A stretch of DNA of 64,000 bases from Eledone cirrhosa. Its lineage: Eukaryota. Numbering within the stretch: position 1 is the stretch's first letter; each line of letters starts with the position of its first letter. Below the pieces are notes generated by a model. It made no database searches and had not been told where the DNA came from. It worked only from the letters and a program-made list of their open reading frames with translations. Position numbers and translations under genes: made by a program. The stretch covers positions 27,466,001 to 27,530,000 of the forward strand of contig OZ024756.1 in NCBI GenBank assembly GCA_964016885.1, written 5' to 3'. This document shows, in pieces, positions 41,948 through 56,384 of the stretch.

Positions 41948-42339
41948 CTATTCTATCATACTCTGCTCTGTAAGAGCATAGAGTGCTCAACCGGCATACC
42001 GCCTATGGAAGCATATTAGCTACCATCAGACACATATACATATGTACGTGTATGTATGTTTACTTTAGTGAACGTTTCTTTACAATCAAGAGCAGTGGCT
42101 ACACACTGGCTTAGTGTCATAAGTTGTTATATCACAGACTGGAAACAATAATAATATCCTATATATAGGCATAAATTGTTATAGACTTTACTTTTAGGGT
42201 AGAATGGGTGAGGAGATTGAGTGGCATTCATGCCTTTCAAAGAACGAAATTAACATAGGGGTAATGTGGGGGTGGCAGGGAGAAAGGGCTATCTGTGCAT
42301 GTGAATGAAGTGGAATGACTAAAACGATGAATCAAAAAC

Positions 42340-42665
42340 GGTGTGGTGTGGTGTGGTGTGGTGTCGTGTCGTGTAATCTGGTCTGGTCTAGTGAATGGTG
42401 TGGGATGGTGTAGTGTCGTGTGGTGTGATCTAGTCTGATTTAGAGTATGGCGTGATGTGGTGTAGTGTAATCTGGTCTGATCTAGTGTATAGCATGGTGT
42501 GGTCTGATGTATGGCATGGGATGGTGTAATGTGGTGTGGTCTAGTCTAGTGTATGGTGTGTTATGGTCTGATCTGGTCTGGTCTGATGTATGGTATGGGA
42601 TGGGGTAGTGTGGTGTAGTGCAGTGTCGTATGGTAGGGCATGGCATGGGATAGTGTGGTGTGGTG
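42340..42665. repeat. Degenerate pentanucleotide array (GGTGT/GGTCT/GGTAT)
   Basis: 5-bp periodicity visible; a similar 5/10-bp periodic array lies at 50560-50857. Confidence 0.8.
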
Positions 42666-43505
42666 CAGAACATACAAAGATGGAGTGAGGGAATTCTTTT
42701 GTTTTGTCTTCAGTTTTGCTTTCTTTTCTTTAATCTCTGGGTCTCTTTTATAAAGTCTGCTATAAGGCACTTAACTACAGTTGAACTAAGATATATTATA
42801 TAGAATTATAATATCATAAAATTATGACATTATATAGAATTATAATATCATAAAATTATGACATTATATAGAATTATAATATCATAAAATTATAATAACA
42901 TTATATAAGAATTGTAATATCATAAAATTATAATTGTTTCTACTTTTGGCACAAGGCCAGCAATTACCCCAGTGCATTACTGGTACTTTATTTTATCGAC
43001 CCAGTAAGGATGAAACGCAAAGCTAACTTCGGCGGGATTATATAATTCTATATAATATATTATATAGAATTATATCATATAATTACGACATATTATATAA
43101 ATTAAAAATGTGTGAATTAAAATACCAAAAAAAAACATTTTAAGAGGAGGGGGTCAAGAAAATAATTAAAATAAAACATTTTTTTTTTAGAGGCTTTAGA
43201 TTTCATATTAAAATCCAGGTTGTTTATGCATAACGATTAAGGGGTAGATAATAACCTACAATAAACAACTGTAATATCAGAGTTAATTCCTCTTCTGCAT
43301 GAATTGTTTCTACAGAATGTTCCTTCAGGAAAAATTTATTATTAACTCATCATCAACAATATTAACATCAACTTGTAATAAATATTGTCCAAATTTGATC
43401 CAGCACACGAAATAGTTTTTTGGAATTATGTATGTGTGTTTGTGTGCGTGAATGTATGTATATATAGATATGTTGTGCATCTGTTTATATACATATGTCT
43501 CTCTC

Positions 43506-43549
<44 letters not shown>

Positions 43550-43631
43550 GGTTATATTTAATTTGTTGGGATTCAACAAGCTTAAAAATGTTTATAACTG
43601 ATATAAAGCACTCAACAATTTAGTGGAGTAA

Positions 43632-44034
43632 ATATACAATATATTTATAAATGGAAACTATATTTATAAAACCATATTTATTTTATTATACATATTTCAA
43701 GGGCAACCAAGGCAAATTATGGTGCGCTTTCATCAGATAAAATACAGATTTGTTTTATAAATAAATATTGACATACCCGAAAAAAAGACAACCTTAACGG
43801 TTGGAGCTTCCTGGAAGTAGTTATATAATGTATTGTTCACTTTCTGACTATCCAGGAAGCTCCAACCGTTAAGGTTGTCTTTTTTCCGGGTATGTCAATA
43901 TTTATTTATAAAACAAATCTGTATTTTATCTGATGAAAGCGCACCATAATTTGCCTTGGTTGCCCTTGAAATATGTATAATAAAATAAATATGGTTTTAT
44001 AAATATAGTTTCCATTTATTAATATATTGTATAT
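43632..44034. mobile_element. Family B element as an inverted duplication with about 184-bp arms
   Basis: Arms 43632-43815 and 43851-44034 are near-perfect reverse complements. Confidence 0.8.
43922..43987 (+). ncRNA. Hammerhead motif, family B (mirror copy about 43679-43744, minus strand)
   Basis: tattttat CTGATGA aagcgcacca...tggttgccctt GAAA tatgta TA ataaaata; 8-bp stem I. Confidence 0.75.
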
Positions 44035-46400
44035 ATATATACATGCACACACATGCACACAAAGTGAAATGGGATGGGACTAAGGTTCCTTGTTTTTTTA
44101 CACATACAATTGTAAATATAGTGTGTGTGTGTTTGATTGAAAATGCATACACACAAATCATACACACTCGACTCGCATGTAGGCACTCAGGTTCTAAGGT
44201 TTGAAGTGAATAAGTGCAGCTTGTGTGTACACAGTTATCAGAACTGTGTACACAGAGTTACTGGAACAATGTACACAGTGTTCTGGTTACTGTGTGTATT
44301 GAGAAAGAGAGAGGACAAGAAAAAGAAACACCCACGCACAACATGCACACACATACATACATACATACATACACACACATGCACACATACATACACACAC
44401 ATACATACATGCATACACATACATATATACACACACACATACATACATCGAAACATACATACCTACCTACATACTTGCATATATATATTACATACATATA
44501 TATACACACAACACAAACATACACAGATGCATGCATACATACATACATACATGCATGCATACAATAATTGTTTCCACTTTTGGCACAAGGCCAGCAATTA
44601 CACCAGTACATTACTGGTACTTTATTTTATCAACCCCCGTAAGGATGAAAGGTAAAGTTAACCTCGGCGGTATTTGAACTCTGGACGTAAAGGGCCATAA
44701 CTCTATGCTGCAAAGCATGGCGTCTGACGCTCTTCCGATACTGCCAAATGTCTGCCCTATGCGTGCATACAATAATGTATGTATGTTAGAGTGTGTGTGT
44801 TAGTGTGTGTGTGTTAGTGTATGTGTGTTAGAGTGCGAATGTGTGTGTGTGTGTGTGTGTGTGCTTGCTTATCTCTAAACACACATACATACCTGCAGCT
44901 AGAAAGTTGTGATTACATGTGTCTGTATATGTGTGTGTGTTTGTTTCCCAGCTTCTAAACATACGCAAACGCATACATACATACATACACACACACACAT
45001 ATACATACATACATACATTCATACAGAAATCTGTGACAGCATATGTGTGTGTGTGTGTGTTAACTGGTGTATATGTCTATGTGTCTGTGTGTTTTATGTT
45101 CTAACCCTTTAGTGTTCCAACCGGCCAAAACCAGCCAGAATTCTCTACCTCTTCCTGTTGAAACTGGCTGTAACCGGTCGCTCAAACTGATGTTAAGGTA
45201 TTGTTCTCAAAATAAATACTTTCAAAATCTCATAGATTTGATAGTATGTGAGCTAATTATGTGAGATAAAGCATTTACCATGAAAATACAATAGTATATA
45301 TAGAGTAATGTGAATGTTATGTGAGATAAAGCTTTTACCATGAAAATATAATTGTTTCTACTTTTTGGCACAAGGCCAGCAATCACCCAGTGCATTACTG
45401 GTACTTTATTTTATCGACCCCGTAAGGATGAAAGGCAAAGTTAACCTCGGCTGGATTTGAACTCAGAATGGCAAGGGCCGTAACTCTATGCGTCAAAGCA
45501 TGGCATCCGACCCTCTACCGATACTGCCAATCCACCGCCCTCATAGATTCTATAGTATGTGCGATAATATGTAAGGTAAAGCATTTACCATGAAAATATA
45601 ATAGTATATATAGAGTAATGTGAATGTTATGTGAGGTAATTATATGAGGTAATAAAGCCTTTACTATGAAAATATAATAGTATATATAGAGTAATGTACA
45701 CCCATATACAATCAGAAAGGTGTGAGTGCATGTGTGTCTACCAGTATTCAAAAGAGTGTCTATCATCATCACTGTTTAATGTCCACTTTTCCACGCTGGT
45801 GACGGTTAGTCTGTGTCAATGTATATATGTGTGCGTGCGTGTTTCTCTCACACACCCTCTCTTTCTCTCACCCCCTCTCTCTCTCTCACATCCCTCTCTT
45901 TCTCTCATCCCTCACCCTCTCTCTCACTCCTCTTTCTCTCACACCCTCTCTCTCTCTCACATCCCTCTCTTTCTCTCATCCCTCACCCTCTCTCTCACTC
46001 CTCTTTCTCTCACCCCCTCTCTCTCTCTCACATCCCTCTCTTTCTCTCATCCATCACCCTCTCTCTCACTCCTCTTTCTCTCACACCCTCTCTCTCTCTC
46101 TCAATACACAAACATACATATAACATACTAATCAAAGAATTTACGTGATCCAATCAAACAGCAATAGGTTATAATTGTTGCTGTTGCTGCTCTTGTTTGT
46201 TGCTGTTGTTATTGAAAAGCAAGAGTATCATATATATATATATATATACCCAATATTTATATATATATATATATATACCCAATATTTATATGTATATATA
46301 TATATATATATACATATAAATATTGGGTCATCAAGTATGAAATTTGTAGAAATTTCTTTTTTTTCTATAAATTTCTACAAATTTCATACTGGACGACTCA

Positions 46401-46438
<38 letters not shown>

Positions 46439-46577
46439 TCAAATATAAACCGATCGCCCCTGTCCCGTCCCGTCCCGTCCCACACCACACTCATCCCTAT
46501 TTTTATGTCTGAGAAATGGGCAAAAATCCAAACCCCATTTATAAGCTGAGGCAGCTAATCAACACATTGTTTAGATG

Positions 46578-46634
<57 letters not shown>

Positions 46635-46763
46635 CCCAAACCCCACCACCACCACCGACACCATTTTACATTCGATTTTTTGGGGGGGAGGGGTAGGGCG
46701 GTTACATGTTCCCTTGACTTATATTCGAGTATATATATAAATATAATAGTAATAATATATTAA

Positions 46764-46911
46764 TTAGGGGTTGTTTCTCTCAGTTGATAATCTTTCCTCG
46801 TTGGAACTGTAAGATGGTGGTGGAGGCAAATGTTGGTACGGTGAAGAATACAACAATGGATATTCTCTCTCTGCATTCATTCCTGTCTCTTGGTGCTGTT
46901 GCGGCTGCTGC

Positions 46912-46942
<31 letters not shown>

Positions 46943-47294
46943 GCACTTGTTGTTGCACTTGTTGTTGCACTTGTTGTTGTTGTGTTTCACCTTGCCGCAG
47001 TTGCTGCTGCTGTTGTTGTTGTTGTTGATAAGGAGATTGCAATGCTGTATGCAACTGCTGCTGCTGTGGTGGTGTATCTTGTTGCTGCTGTTGTACCACC
47101 TGTTCATAGGAAGGAGGTTTACAAGTGTCTGTTAGGGAAGAAGGGTTCTGTGAGTCAATCATTGGGTTAATATAGAGCGGGGGAGACTGGACAACCTCCG
47201 AGTAAGGCGGAGGACTGTCAGCTACCTCAGGATTAGATAAGTTATTGAAATGCTGTCTTTGTTGCTCCTCATATTCAAGTATGGTGGCTAAATC
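46764..47294 (-). CDS. PPxY membrane protein, last exon (PPPY, PPLY, PPSY, PPSY motifs and polyQ); probable Nedd4-family/WW-domain adaptor
   Basis: Acceptor (t)n-gcag|GAT is phase 0. Open frame runs to TAA and carries four PY motifs. Confidence 0.8.
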
Positions 47295-47389
47295 CTGCAA
47301 AAAAAAAAAAAAAAAAATAGAGATGAATATTTTATTAATTTACCTCTTACGGCATCATGGCTGTGATGTTACTGGTGCTGGACTACAGA

Positions 47390-47725
47390 CTGACCACATA
47401 CATGGCCACTGCTTATAAACTAAGGATCATATGGTAACTGGTTATAATCTAATGACCACATTGTCACTGGTTATAAACTTATGTCCATATGGTCCTTGGT
47501 TAGTAATTTACTGACCACATGATGAATAATTAAAATCTAATGACCATATGGTCAGTGGTTATAAACTAATGACCACATGGTCACTGGTTATAATCTAATG
47601 ACCACATGGTCACTGGTTATAATCTAATGTCCACATGGTCACTGGTTATAATCTAATGACCACATGGTCACTGGTTATAATCTAATGTCCACATGGTTCT
47701 TGGTTAATAATTTACTGGTTATAAA
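47390..47725. repeat. About 29-bp intronic minisatellite (atggtcactggttataatctaatgaccac)
   Basis: About 11 tandem copies with degenerate edges. Confidence 0.85.
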
Positions 47726-48168
47726 TCCTGCTGAGGTTAGCTTTGCCTTTCATCCTTACAGGGTCGATAAAATAAAGTACCAGTCACACAGTGGGGTCGA
47801 TTTAATCGACTTTCCCCTCCCTTTGTTGGCCTTGTGCCTATATAAGAAACCAATATTATTATTATGGATTGGCAGTATCGGTAGAGGGTCGGACGCCATG
47901 CTTTGATGCATAGAGTTACGGCCCTTGCCATTCTGAGTTCAAATCCCGCCGAGGTTAACTTTGCCTTTCATCCTTACGGGGTCGATAAAATAAAGTACCA
48001 GTAATACACTGGGTAATTGCTGGCCTTGTGCCAAAAGTAGAAACATTTATTATTGTCAGCAATTTGAAGTGACTCACTTATTATTTCACATTAAGTAAAA
48101 AGATATCCAAACCCTAAATTTAAAAAAAGAAAGAAAAAAGAAAGAATATTAGAAGAATATTTAATTAC

Positions 48169-48307
48169 CGTGTGATTACTTGTAGTCAAATGTCCATTTC
48201 GATCTATTATAAGTACACCTCGTCGTTGAAGCAGCCTTAACCTCCGAGATCGGAGGTAAAAGAAAAACGCCCAGAACAAAATTTTCAAGAAAATGAAAAC
48301 TATCACT
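48169..48307 (-). CDS. PPxY membrane protein, exon with transmembrane helix and basic stop-transfer segment
   Basis: Acceptor tctcttattcacag|A; encodes IVIVFIFLKILFWAFFFYLRSRRLRLLQRR...NHT. Donor ACG|gtaatt is phase 0. Confidence 0.78.
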
Positions 48308-51140
48308 CTGTGAATAAGAGAAGAGATATAAAAATTATAAAAATTTGGTATTGTTTAAAAATAATCATGAACACTTTAGCATTTAAACCGGCCATATCCA
48401 GCCAGAATTCTCTCACCTCTTTCTGTTCAAACTGGCTGTAACCGGCCACTCATCCTGATGTTAAGGTATTGTTCTCAAAATAGATAATATCGAAATCTCA
48501 TAGATTCGACATTATGTGAGATAATTATGTGAGGTAAAGCCTTTACCATGTAAATGCTAAAGGGTTAAAACTTAATATCTGATATTTTTGTGGGATTTTT
48601 TTTTACCATTTAGTAAGGAGAGGAAAAGACAGTAAAACTGACCCTATATTTTTTTCAGTACCCCAAGACTGCTGGGAGAAAAATAAGTTCACCTGAATCC
48701 AGTAAACTAGTCCAAATGGAGGTTATTCATGAGATTTGTGCAAAGAACCACCAAAACAGAGAGTAACCTGGTAGTGGAACAGCAATGTGAAGAGATTTGT
48801 TAAAGCTAAGAGACAGGCATGAAAAGACAGGAAAATAAGAGCAGCAAAGACCAGTACCAGGTAGCTAAAAGAGAATCTAGACCAGACATGTTAAACATGA
48901 GGCCCTTTACAAGTACAACTGCAGCCCGCACAAAGGTTTTTATAGCATTAGTTGTAATGTACACAATTGGTTGTCATATGTGACCCATGTGACCCATGTG
49001 ACCCATATGTGGCCCATGTGGCCCTCGGGGGACCCTCAGTTTGACATGCCTGAGGTAGACTACAAGAATATATAATATGCAAAAAAGCTGAAAGCGATGT
49101 GAGGATTACAGACATGAGTTGTTCCACATTGCAGTATATCAGTGAAAACCAGAGATTAGGCTGCTATTTCTAGAAACTGATTAGCTTCTTTGTTTTAGCC
49201 ATTCCTACTTATGGGAGTCAGTTACTGGGTCCCAAATAATAGGAGGAATCCTGTCAGAAGCAACTGTCTCCAATTGATCTGGCTGGATCCCCAAGCATGA
49301 CCAGCCAAGCTCATGGATGTTATCCAACCATCTTGCTCGGGGTCTACCCCTGGGTCTCTTGCCGGTTGGTTTTGCCCATAAAATCTGTCCAGTGTTTCTT
49401 TCCTGACACATTCTAACCCAGTTGCCCATAGTTTCGGAACTGTGATCTCTCAATTTGGAGAAGTAGCAACTCTACCTGCAGCAACTCTCTGATCTCCGAA
49501 CTACAGATCTGTCCAGTGATTCTTTCCCGAGACATTCTAACCACATACCCCATAGTATCGGAGCTCTCAATTCAGAGAAGTAGCGGCTCTACCTGAAATG
49601 ACTCTCTGATCTCCAAGTTACATACTTTATCAAGTAACGTTATTCCAAAGACCCTTCGAAGGTACCCCATTTCGGCCACTTATTATTTCGGTCATTACCC
49701 AAGATTCATGACCATATCTGAAAATCCTACGCAGTGTTTTTCATAAAGGAATATTGTGACAAAACAGTTGAATCTAGGTAATTACATTCGGCACAAATAA
49801 AACTGCAAATATTTTAAATTCAGCTTATGATTAACAAAGTTATCTTCTATGTCAGCACAGAAAACAGACATGAATATTTAAATACTTGTCTGTTTTATCT
49901 AAGTTTGATTTTTCTTTTTTAATTCATAAATTCAATAAAATAAAATAAAATTTCTTTTTTACTCTTTCTTCTAGAGTTGAAAACTTAATTTAATCCTCTA
50001 GCATTAAAACTGGCTGTATTCAGCCAGAGATTTCTCACTTTTTTTCTGTTCAAACTGGCCATAACTGGCCACTCATACTGATGTTAAGTTATCGCTCTCA
50101 AAATAAATAGCATCAAAATCCCATAGATTCAATATTATGTGAAGTAAATATGTGAGGTAAAGCCTTTACCACTAAAATACAATAGTATATACAGAGTAAT
50201 TTAAATGCTAAAGGGTTAAAGTTGAACAACGCTCCCAACCCACAGAGAATAAACAACTACAGCTATTACTTCTACAACAAAACATTAATGACAACAAAAC
50301 ATTAACATCAACATCAACAACATTAGCAACGACAACTATAAAATTGATGACGACAACAACATTAACAATTTCTTTATCGTTGCTACCTAGGGTTAATCAG
50401 GGAACCCCACAAATTTTGGTTACCTTGACTACCAAGGGCAAATTCCCTATCTCAGTTGTGATCTCCGACCCACAGCAAAAGGCTCACTCAAAGTAGACCC
50501 ATTCAGCTAGCTAGGCATACTAGCCACTATCACCCATCATTCCACCATATAAGCTGGACAAAGCCATATGAAGCCATGCCAATTAAACTAAACCATACTG
50601 AGCAAAGCCAAGCTAAGCCAGGTCAGGCAAGGCCAAGTTGAACCAAACTTGACCAATTTAAGCTGGGCTAAGTTATACTGAGCCAAGCTATATTGAGTTA
50701 AGCTGATCTATTCTGAGCCAAGCTATATTGAACCAAGTTATTCTGAGCCAAGCTATACTGAGCAGTGTTGTACTGAACCAAGCTTTATTGAACCGAGTTA
50801 TTCTAAGCCAAGCTGTACTGAAGCAAGTTATATTGAGCTCTGTTGTACTGAGCCAAACATGCACACACATATCTGTCCAGTGATTCTTTCCTGAGATATG
50901 CTAATCACATGCTCACAGTATCAGAGCTATAAAATTATTTAATTAATGTAATAAACAAAGCTAAAATATTGGGTATAGTCAATTAAATCAACCCCCAAGT
51001 TACATAGCTGGATCAGGGCCGATCTCTAGTTTGTTTATGTCTGTGTGTGTCTTTGTGTAGGTTTGTGTGTGTGGTATACACACACACACATACATACACT
51101 AGTAGTTCTTATTAACTTAATAATGGACAATTGTACTTAC

Positions 51141-51160
51141 ATGTAATAGTATCTGAACAT
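51141..51160 (-). CDS. PPxY membrane protein, first coding segment (exon 51193-51141; ATG at 51160)
   Basis: Minus strand reads tctttttcag|...aaaaATG TTC AGA TAC TAT TAC AT|gtaagt. There is an in-frame TAA upstream in the same exon. The phase-2 donor matches the acceptor at 48307. Confidence 0.72.
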
Positions 51161-51650
51161 TTTTGATCCCTGAGCAAAATGTTAATACCAATTCTGAAAA
51201 AGAGAACAGAATAAAAAGAAAGTAATACATGAGCCAACAAAGAGGTTTCTACATAGAAGCACAATCTGCTAAAAATAGCAGCTAAATCTCCCTCAAATTA
51301 CACACATCTCTTAGGCCATTTTGAAGAAAGGATATATTAAGGTAGTTATAGTTACTCGATGCCTTGATTTTTTTTTAAACAGGAATCACAGTTGGAATGG
51401 TTCAGATAGTTGGTGTGCTGGATTAAGGTTAATTTAGAGGTAAATATCTGGATCAGGGCTGATGTGTAGTTAAATAGCTGAATCAGGACCCATCTGCAGC
51501 TAAATTGCTGAATCAAGGCTGATCTGAAGCTAAATTGCTGAATCAGGCAGATCTGGAATTAAATAGCAGCCAACACTAATTACAATACTACCACTAACCA
51601 TAATGACAAAGCAAAACACTGATACCATCATCAAGAATCTGCACAATATA

Positions 51651-52044
51651 CGAGGGCAATCCGAAAAGTAAGGTCCCCTTCCGATATTGCAACTTTTCCG
51701 TTAAAATCCTGTGGATGGTGCTTCGGGAAACCTCAGGAACCAAAATGCAGATAGCATCCAGAGTGATCCGCCGATCTTTACGCATGTTTTCCTTGGAAGG
51801 AGACCTTACTTTTGGGATTGCCCTCGTATATAATAACTGCGCGAAATTCGCACTTGGCGGTAGCGTTCAGCGGGAGCTCCATTCTGAACGGCTGCCAAGC
51901 CAAGATTGAGCATCCCAGCGAAGTGCGCGCATGCTTGTTAGGGAGTGAAGGAAGCACCAATCACAACAGTGTTGCCAACAGCCATATGAACAGTTTCTCT
52001 GCGTCCACATTGCTTTGGAGACCTTACTTTTGGGATTACCCTCG
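51651..52044 (-). mobile_element. Same mariner family: mini-element 51651-51826 with both TIRs, plus an adjacent 5' fragment ending in a third TIR
   Basis: TIR cgagggcaatccgaaaagtaaggtc and two copies of its reverse complement, each followed by TA. Confidence 0.85.
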
Positions 52045-52321
52045 TATGTTTTGACATTCAAACAATTTACGACATAAATCATAATATGCTCCAAATCTGA
52101 CACAAAGCAATACACATTATAAACATATATATATGTGTGTGTGAGTGAGTATATATGTATGTATGTGTGCGTGTATGTATGTGTGTATATGCATGTATGT
52201 ATGTGTGTATGAATGTATGCTACACACACACACAAATCTACACAAAGACACACACACATATGCAAACCTACAAAAACACACAAACTTACACAAAGACACA
52301 CTCACATACACAAACACATGC

Positions 52322-52371
<50 letters not shown>

Positions 52372-53265
52372 TCACACACAAACCTACACAATCACATCCA
52401 GCTGTAGAAAACCCGCCAGACAGTCCTATGCGAGCAAGACAACCACTCTTACCTCAAGTGGGAAAACTCCCGTCCAAACCCATGCAAGCGTGGAACATGG
52501 ACGTTAAACGATGATGATGATGATGATGATGATATATATATATGACCGAGATCTTTGGCGCTACACAGTAATAGAGAAGACCCGTCTTACCTAAGTACAA
52601 AGTGAAACCTACTACAGTCAGTAGGCACCTAAAACAAAATACAACCCCGTCCCACTACTCCCACCCCATCCACACCACCCTTTTCAATGTAAAGTTATGT
52701 TGGTACCACAACATCCAGTCCGAAACAAATGAGGTCGTGTAGGTGTCACGACAAAAAAACACACAGTCCACGCTGTAATGTGGCCGTGTAGGTAACACGG
52801 TAAAAACCTCCCAGCCCCACACTGTAAATGTGGTTGGTGTTAGGAAGGGCATCCAGCCGTAGAAAACCCGCCAGACAGTCCTATGCGAGCAAGACAACCA
52901 CTTTTGCCTCAAGCGGGACTACCCCCATCCAAACCCATGCAAGCGTGGAACACGGACGTTAAACGTTGATGATGATGATGATGATGATATATATATATAT
53001 ACAGATACACACACATATTTATATATATATAAATATATATATACACAATCACACATATATAGACACACAACTCATTAAGGAAGTCCACTAATTGAGCTAA
53101 TGATTAAACAACCATCAAGACAATCCAAGCTTCCCACCAAAAATAACTAAACATGTCCATTTAGTTAGTAATATAACTTGTATAGTCTCTCTTTGTATTG
53201 CACTGTGATTTATAGTGAGAGAATGGCATTAACTAGTGTGTGGTGGTGTGAGGGGGACAACAGAA

Positions 53266-54605
53266 TCACCACCACCACCGCCACCACAACTATCACCATC
53301 ACAACTATCACCACCACCACCACAACTATCACCATCACCACCACCACCACCATCACCACCACAACTATCACCATCACCACCACCACAACCATCACCACCA
53401 CCACCACAACTATCACCATCACCACCACAACTATCACTATCACCACCACCACCACAACTATCACCATCACCACCACCACCACCACAACTATCACCACCAC
53501 CATCACCACCACCACAACTATCATCACTACCATCACCACCACCACCATCACCACAACCACCACCACCACCACAACTATCACCACCACCACCATCACCACC
53601 ACCACAACCACCACCACCACCATGACCACCACCACAACTATCATCACTACCATCACCACCACCACCACAACCATCACCACAACCACCACCACCAACATGA
53701 CCACCACCACAACTATCATCACTACCATCACCACCACCACCACAACCATCACCACCACCACCATCACCACAACCACCACCACCAACATGACCACCACCAC
53801 AACTATCATCACTACCATCACCACCACCACCACAACCACCACCATGACCACCACCACAATTATCATCACTACCATCACCACCACCACCATCACCACAACC
53901 ACCACCACCACCACCACCATCACCACCACCACCACAACCACCACCACCACCATGACCACCACCGCAACTATCATCACTACCATCACCACCACCACCATCA
54001 CCACAACCACCACAACTATTACCACCACCACCATCACCACCACCACCACAACCACCACCACCACCACAACTATCATCACTACCATCACCACCACCACCAT
54101 CACCACAACCACCACCACCACCATGACCACCACCACAACTATCATCACTACCATCACCACCACCACCACAACCACCACCACCACCATGACCACCACCACA
54201 ACTATCATCACTACCATCACCACCACCACCATCACCACAACCACCACCACCACCACAACTATCACCACCACCATCACCACCACCACCACAACCACCACAA
54301 CCACCACCACCACCATGACCACCACCACAACTATCATCACTACCATCACCACCACCACCACAACCACCACCACCACCATGACCACCACCACAACTATCAT
54401 CACTACCATCACCACAACTATCATTATCATCATCACCAACAATGTAGATAAAGACAACCATCATCACCACTATCACCATCACCACCACCACAACTATCAT
54501 CTTCATCATCATCATCATCATCATCACCACCACTATTATCATCATCATCAGCAGCAGCAATATAACTAAAGACAATCACCACCACCACCACCACCACCAC
54601 CATCG
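53266..54605. repeat. Compound (ACC/ATC/ACA)n trinucleotide array
   Basis: Low-complexity sequence with recurring 40-60 bp superunits. Confidence 0.9.
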
Positions 54606-54857
54606 TTGTGGACATTATTTTCATCAATGTAGATAGAAAAACCATCATCATCAATTTAAAGGGAAGGCATCAATCATCATCATCATCATCAATATAGACA
54701 GACGACTGCCACCGTCAACCTACTGACACCCACAGCATCACCACCTTCACCACCACCCCCAGCATCACCATGGTGGTGGTGGTGGTGGTGGTGGTGGTAG
54801 GGTTAATAATAAATGTAAAGAAGACAGCCATGTTATGGCTGTCAATCACCAAGGTTT

Positions 54858-55503
54858 AATAGAAATAGAAATAATTGTTTCTACTTTTGGCACAAGGCCA
54901 GCAATTACCCAGTACATTACTGGTACTTTATGTTACCGACCCCCGTAAGGATGAAAGGCAAAGTTGACCTCGGCGGGATTTGAACTCAGATCGTAAAGGG
55001 ACGTAACTCTATGCGTCAAAGCATGACGTCCGACCCTCCACTGATACTGCCAATCCACCGCCCTTAGAATAGAAATAGAAATAATTGTTTCTACTTTTGG
55101 CACAAGGCCAGCAATTACCCAGTACATTACTGGTACTTTATGTTACCGACCCCCGTAAAGATGAAAGGCAAAGTTGACCTCGGCGGGATTTGAACTCAGA
55201 TCGTAAAGGGACGTAACTCTATGCGTCAAAGCATGACGTCCGACCCTCTACTGATACTGCCAATCCACCGCCCTTAGAATAGAAATAGAAATAATTGTTT
55301 CTACTTTTGGCACAAGGCCAGCAATTACCCAGTACATTACTGGTACTTTATTTTATCGACCCCGTAAGGATGAAAGGCAAAGTTGACCTCGGCGGGATTT
55401 GAACTCAGATCGTAAAGGAACGTAACTCTATGCGTCAAAGCATGACGTCCGACCCTCTACTGATACTGCCAATCCACCGCCCTTAGAATAGAAATAGAAA
55501 TAA
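54858..55503 (-). mobile_element. Head-to-tail triplication of a full SINE family 1 copy (about 210-bp unit)
   Basis: Three nearly identical units separated by aatagaaatagaaataat, which occurs four times. Confidence 0.9.
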
Positions 55504-55511
55504 TAATAATA

Positions 55512-55800
55512 GAAGTGTCAGAAAACGACAAAGCAACCGTTCTCTGGGATATGCCAATACATACAGACAGAGAGATCAAAGCCAACCAACCAGATATTAT
55601 AGTCAACGACTACAAAGAAAAAAAATGCCTTCTAATAGATGTATTAATCCCCACAGATGACAGTATATCTTCCAAGGAAATAGAGAAACTCTCCAAATAT
55701 AAAGATCTAGAGATAGAAATAACTTGAATGTGGAAAATGAAAACAGAAACAATACCTACAATAATAGGTGCTCTAGGAATGATAAAAAACACACAGACAA
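55512..55800 (+). mobile_element. R4/Dong-like non-LTR fragment (PD..D restriction-like endonuclease)
   Basis: LWDMPIHTDREIKANQPDIIV...LIDVLIP...EKLSKYKDL...IPTIIGALG, with an internal stop; preceded by (TAA)n. Confidence 0.78.
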
Positions 55801-56384
55801 ATACATAGCCAAAACTAACATTTTACAGAGTGTATTGGGTGCATTTTTTCATGACACCAACCCTACCATTTTACAGAGTGTATTGGGTGAATTTTGTTCA
55901 TGACACCGGTGTTAAATCTTTACAGAGAGTACTGGGTGAATGAAGGATTGATGCTAGAGCTGTGAAATCTTACATGCATTAATTTCAACTCTTCTTATTA
56001 ATAACTGCATTGTTTCTTTCCAGGGACTATGTTGAGAAATAAACCTCATTTGGACATTCCATGAGAGTATCTGTATCTTGGTCAGCCTATGAAGGAGTGA
56101 TGCTAGGGCTGTGAAATCTTATATGCATTAATTTCAACTCTTCTTATTAATAACTGCATTGTTTCTTTCCAGGGACTATGTTGAAAAATAAACCTCATTT
56201 GGTCATTCCATGAGAGTATCTTGGTCACCTTCGTACATGTACGAATATGTGTTGTACAGGACTAAACAAGTTTAGAAGAAAATAAAAACAATACAACAAC
56301 CTCCTTTGAAAAGATCAGAAAAGAACATTAAGTCAACAGCAAGCTTGAAAGTCACATAATTCTGCATCTATTGATTCATAATTA

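Noticed and set aside
41654-41990. Mirror-image ORF pairs on both strands
   Set aside because: A consequence of the DNA palindrome, not evidence of coding.
53178-54575. 463-aa Thr-rich mucin-like ORF and its antisense Val/Gly-rich ORFs
   Set aside because: A stop-free trinucleotide array open in several frames, with no signal peptide or credible splice context; probably intronic or upstream of the minus-strand gene.
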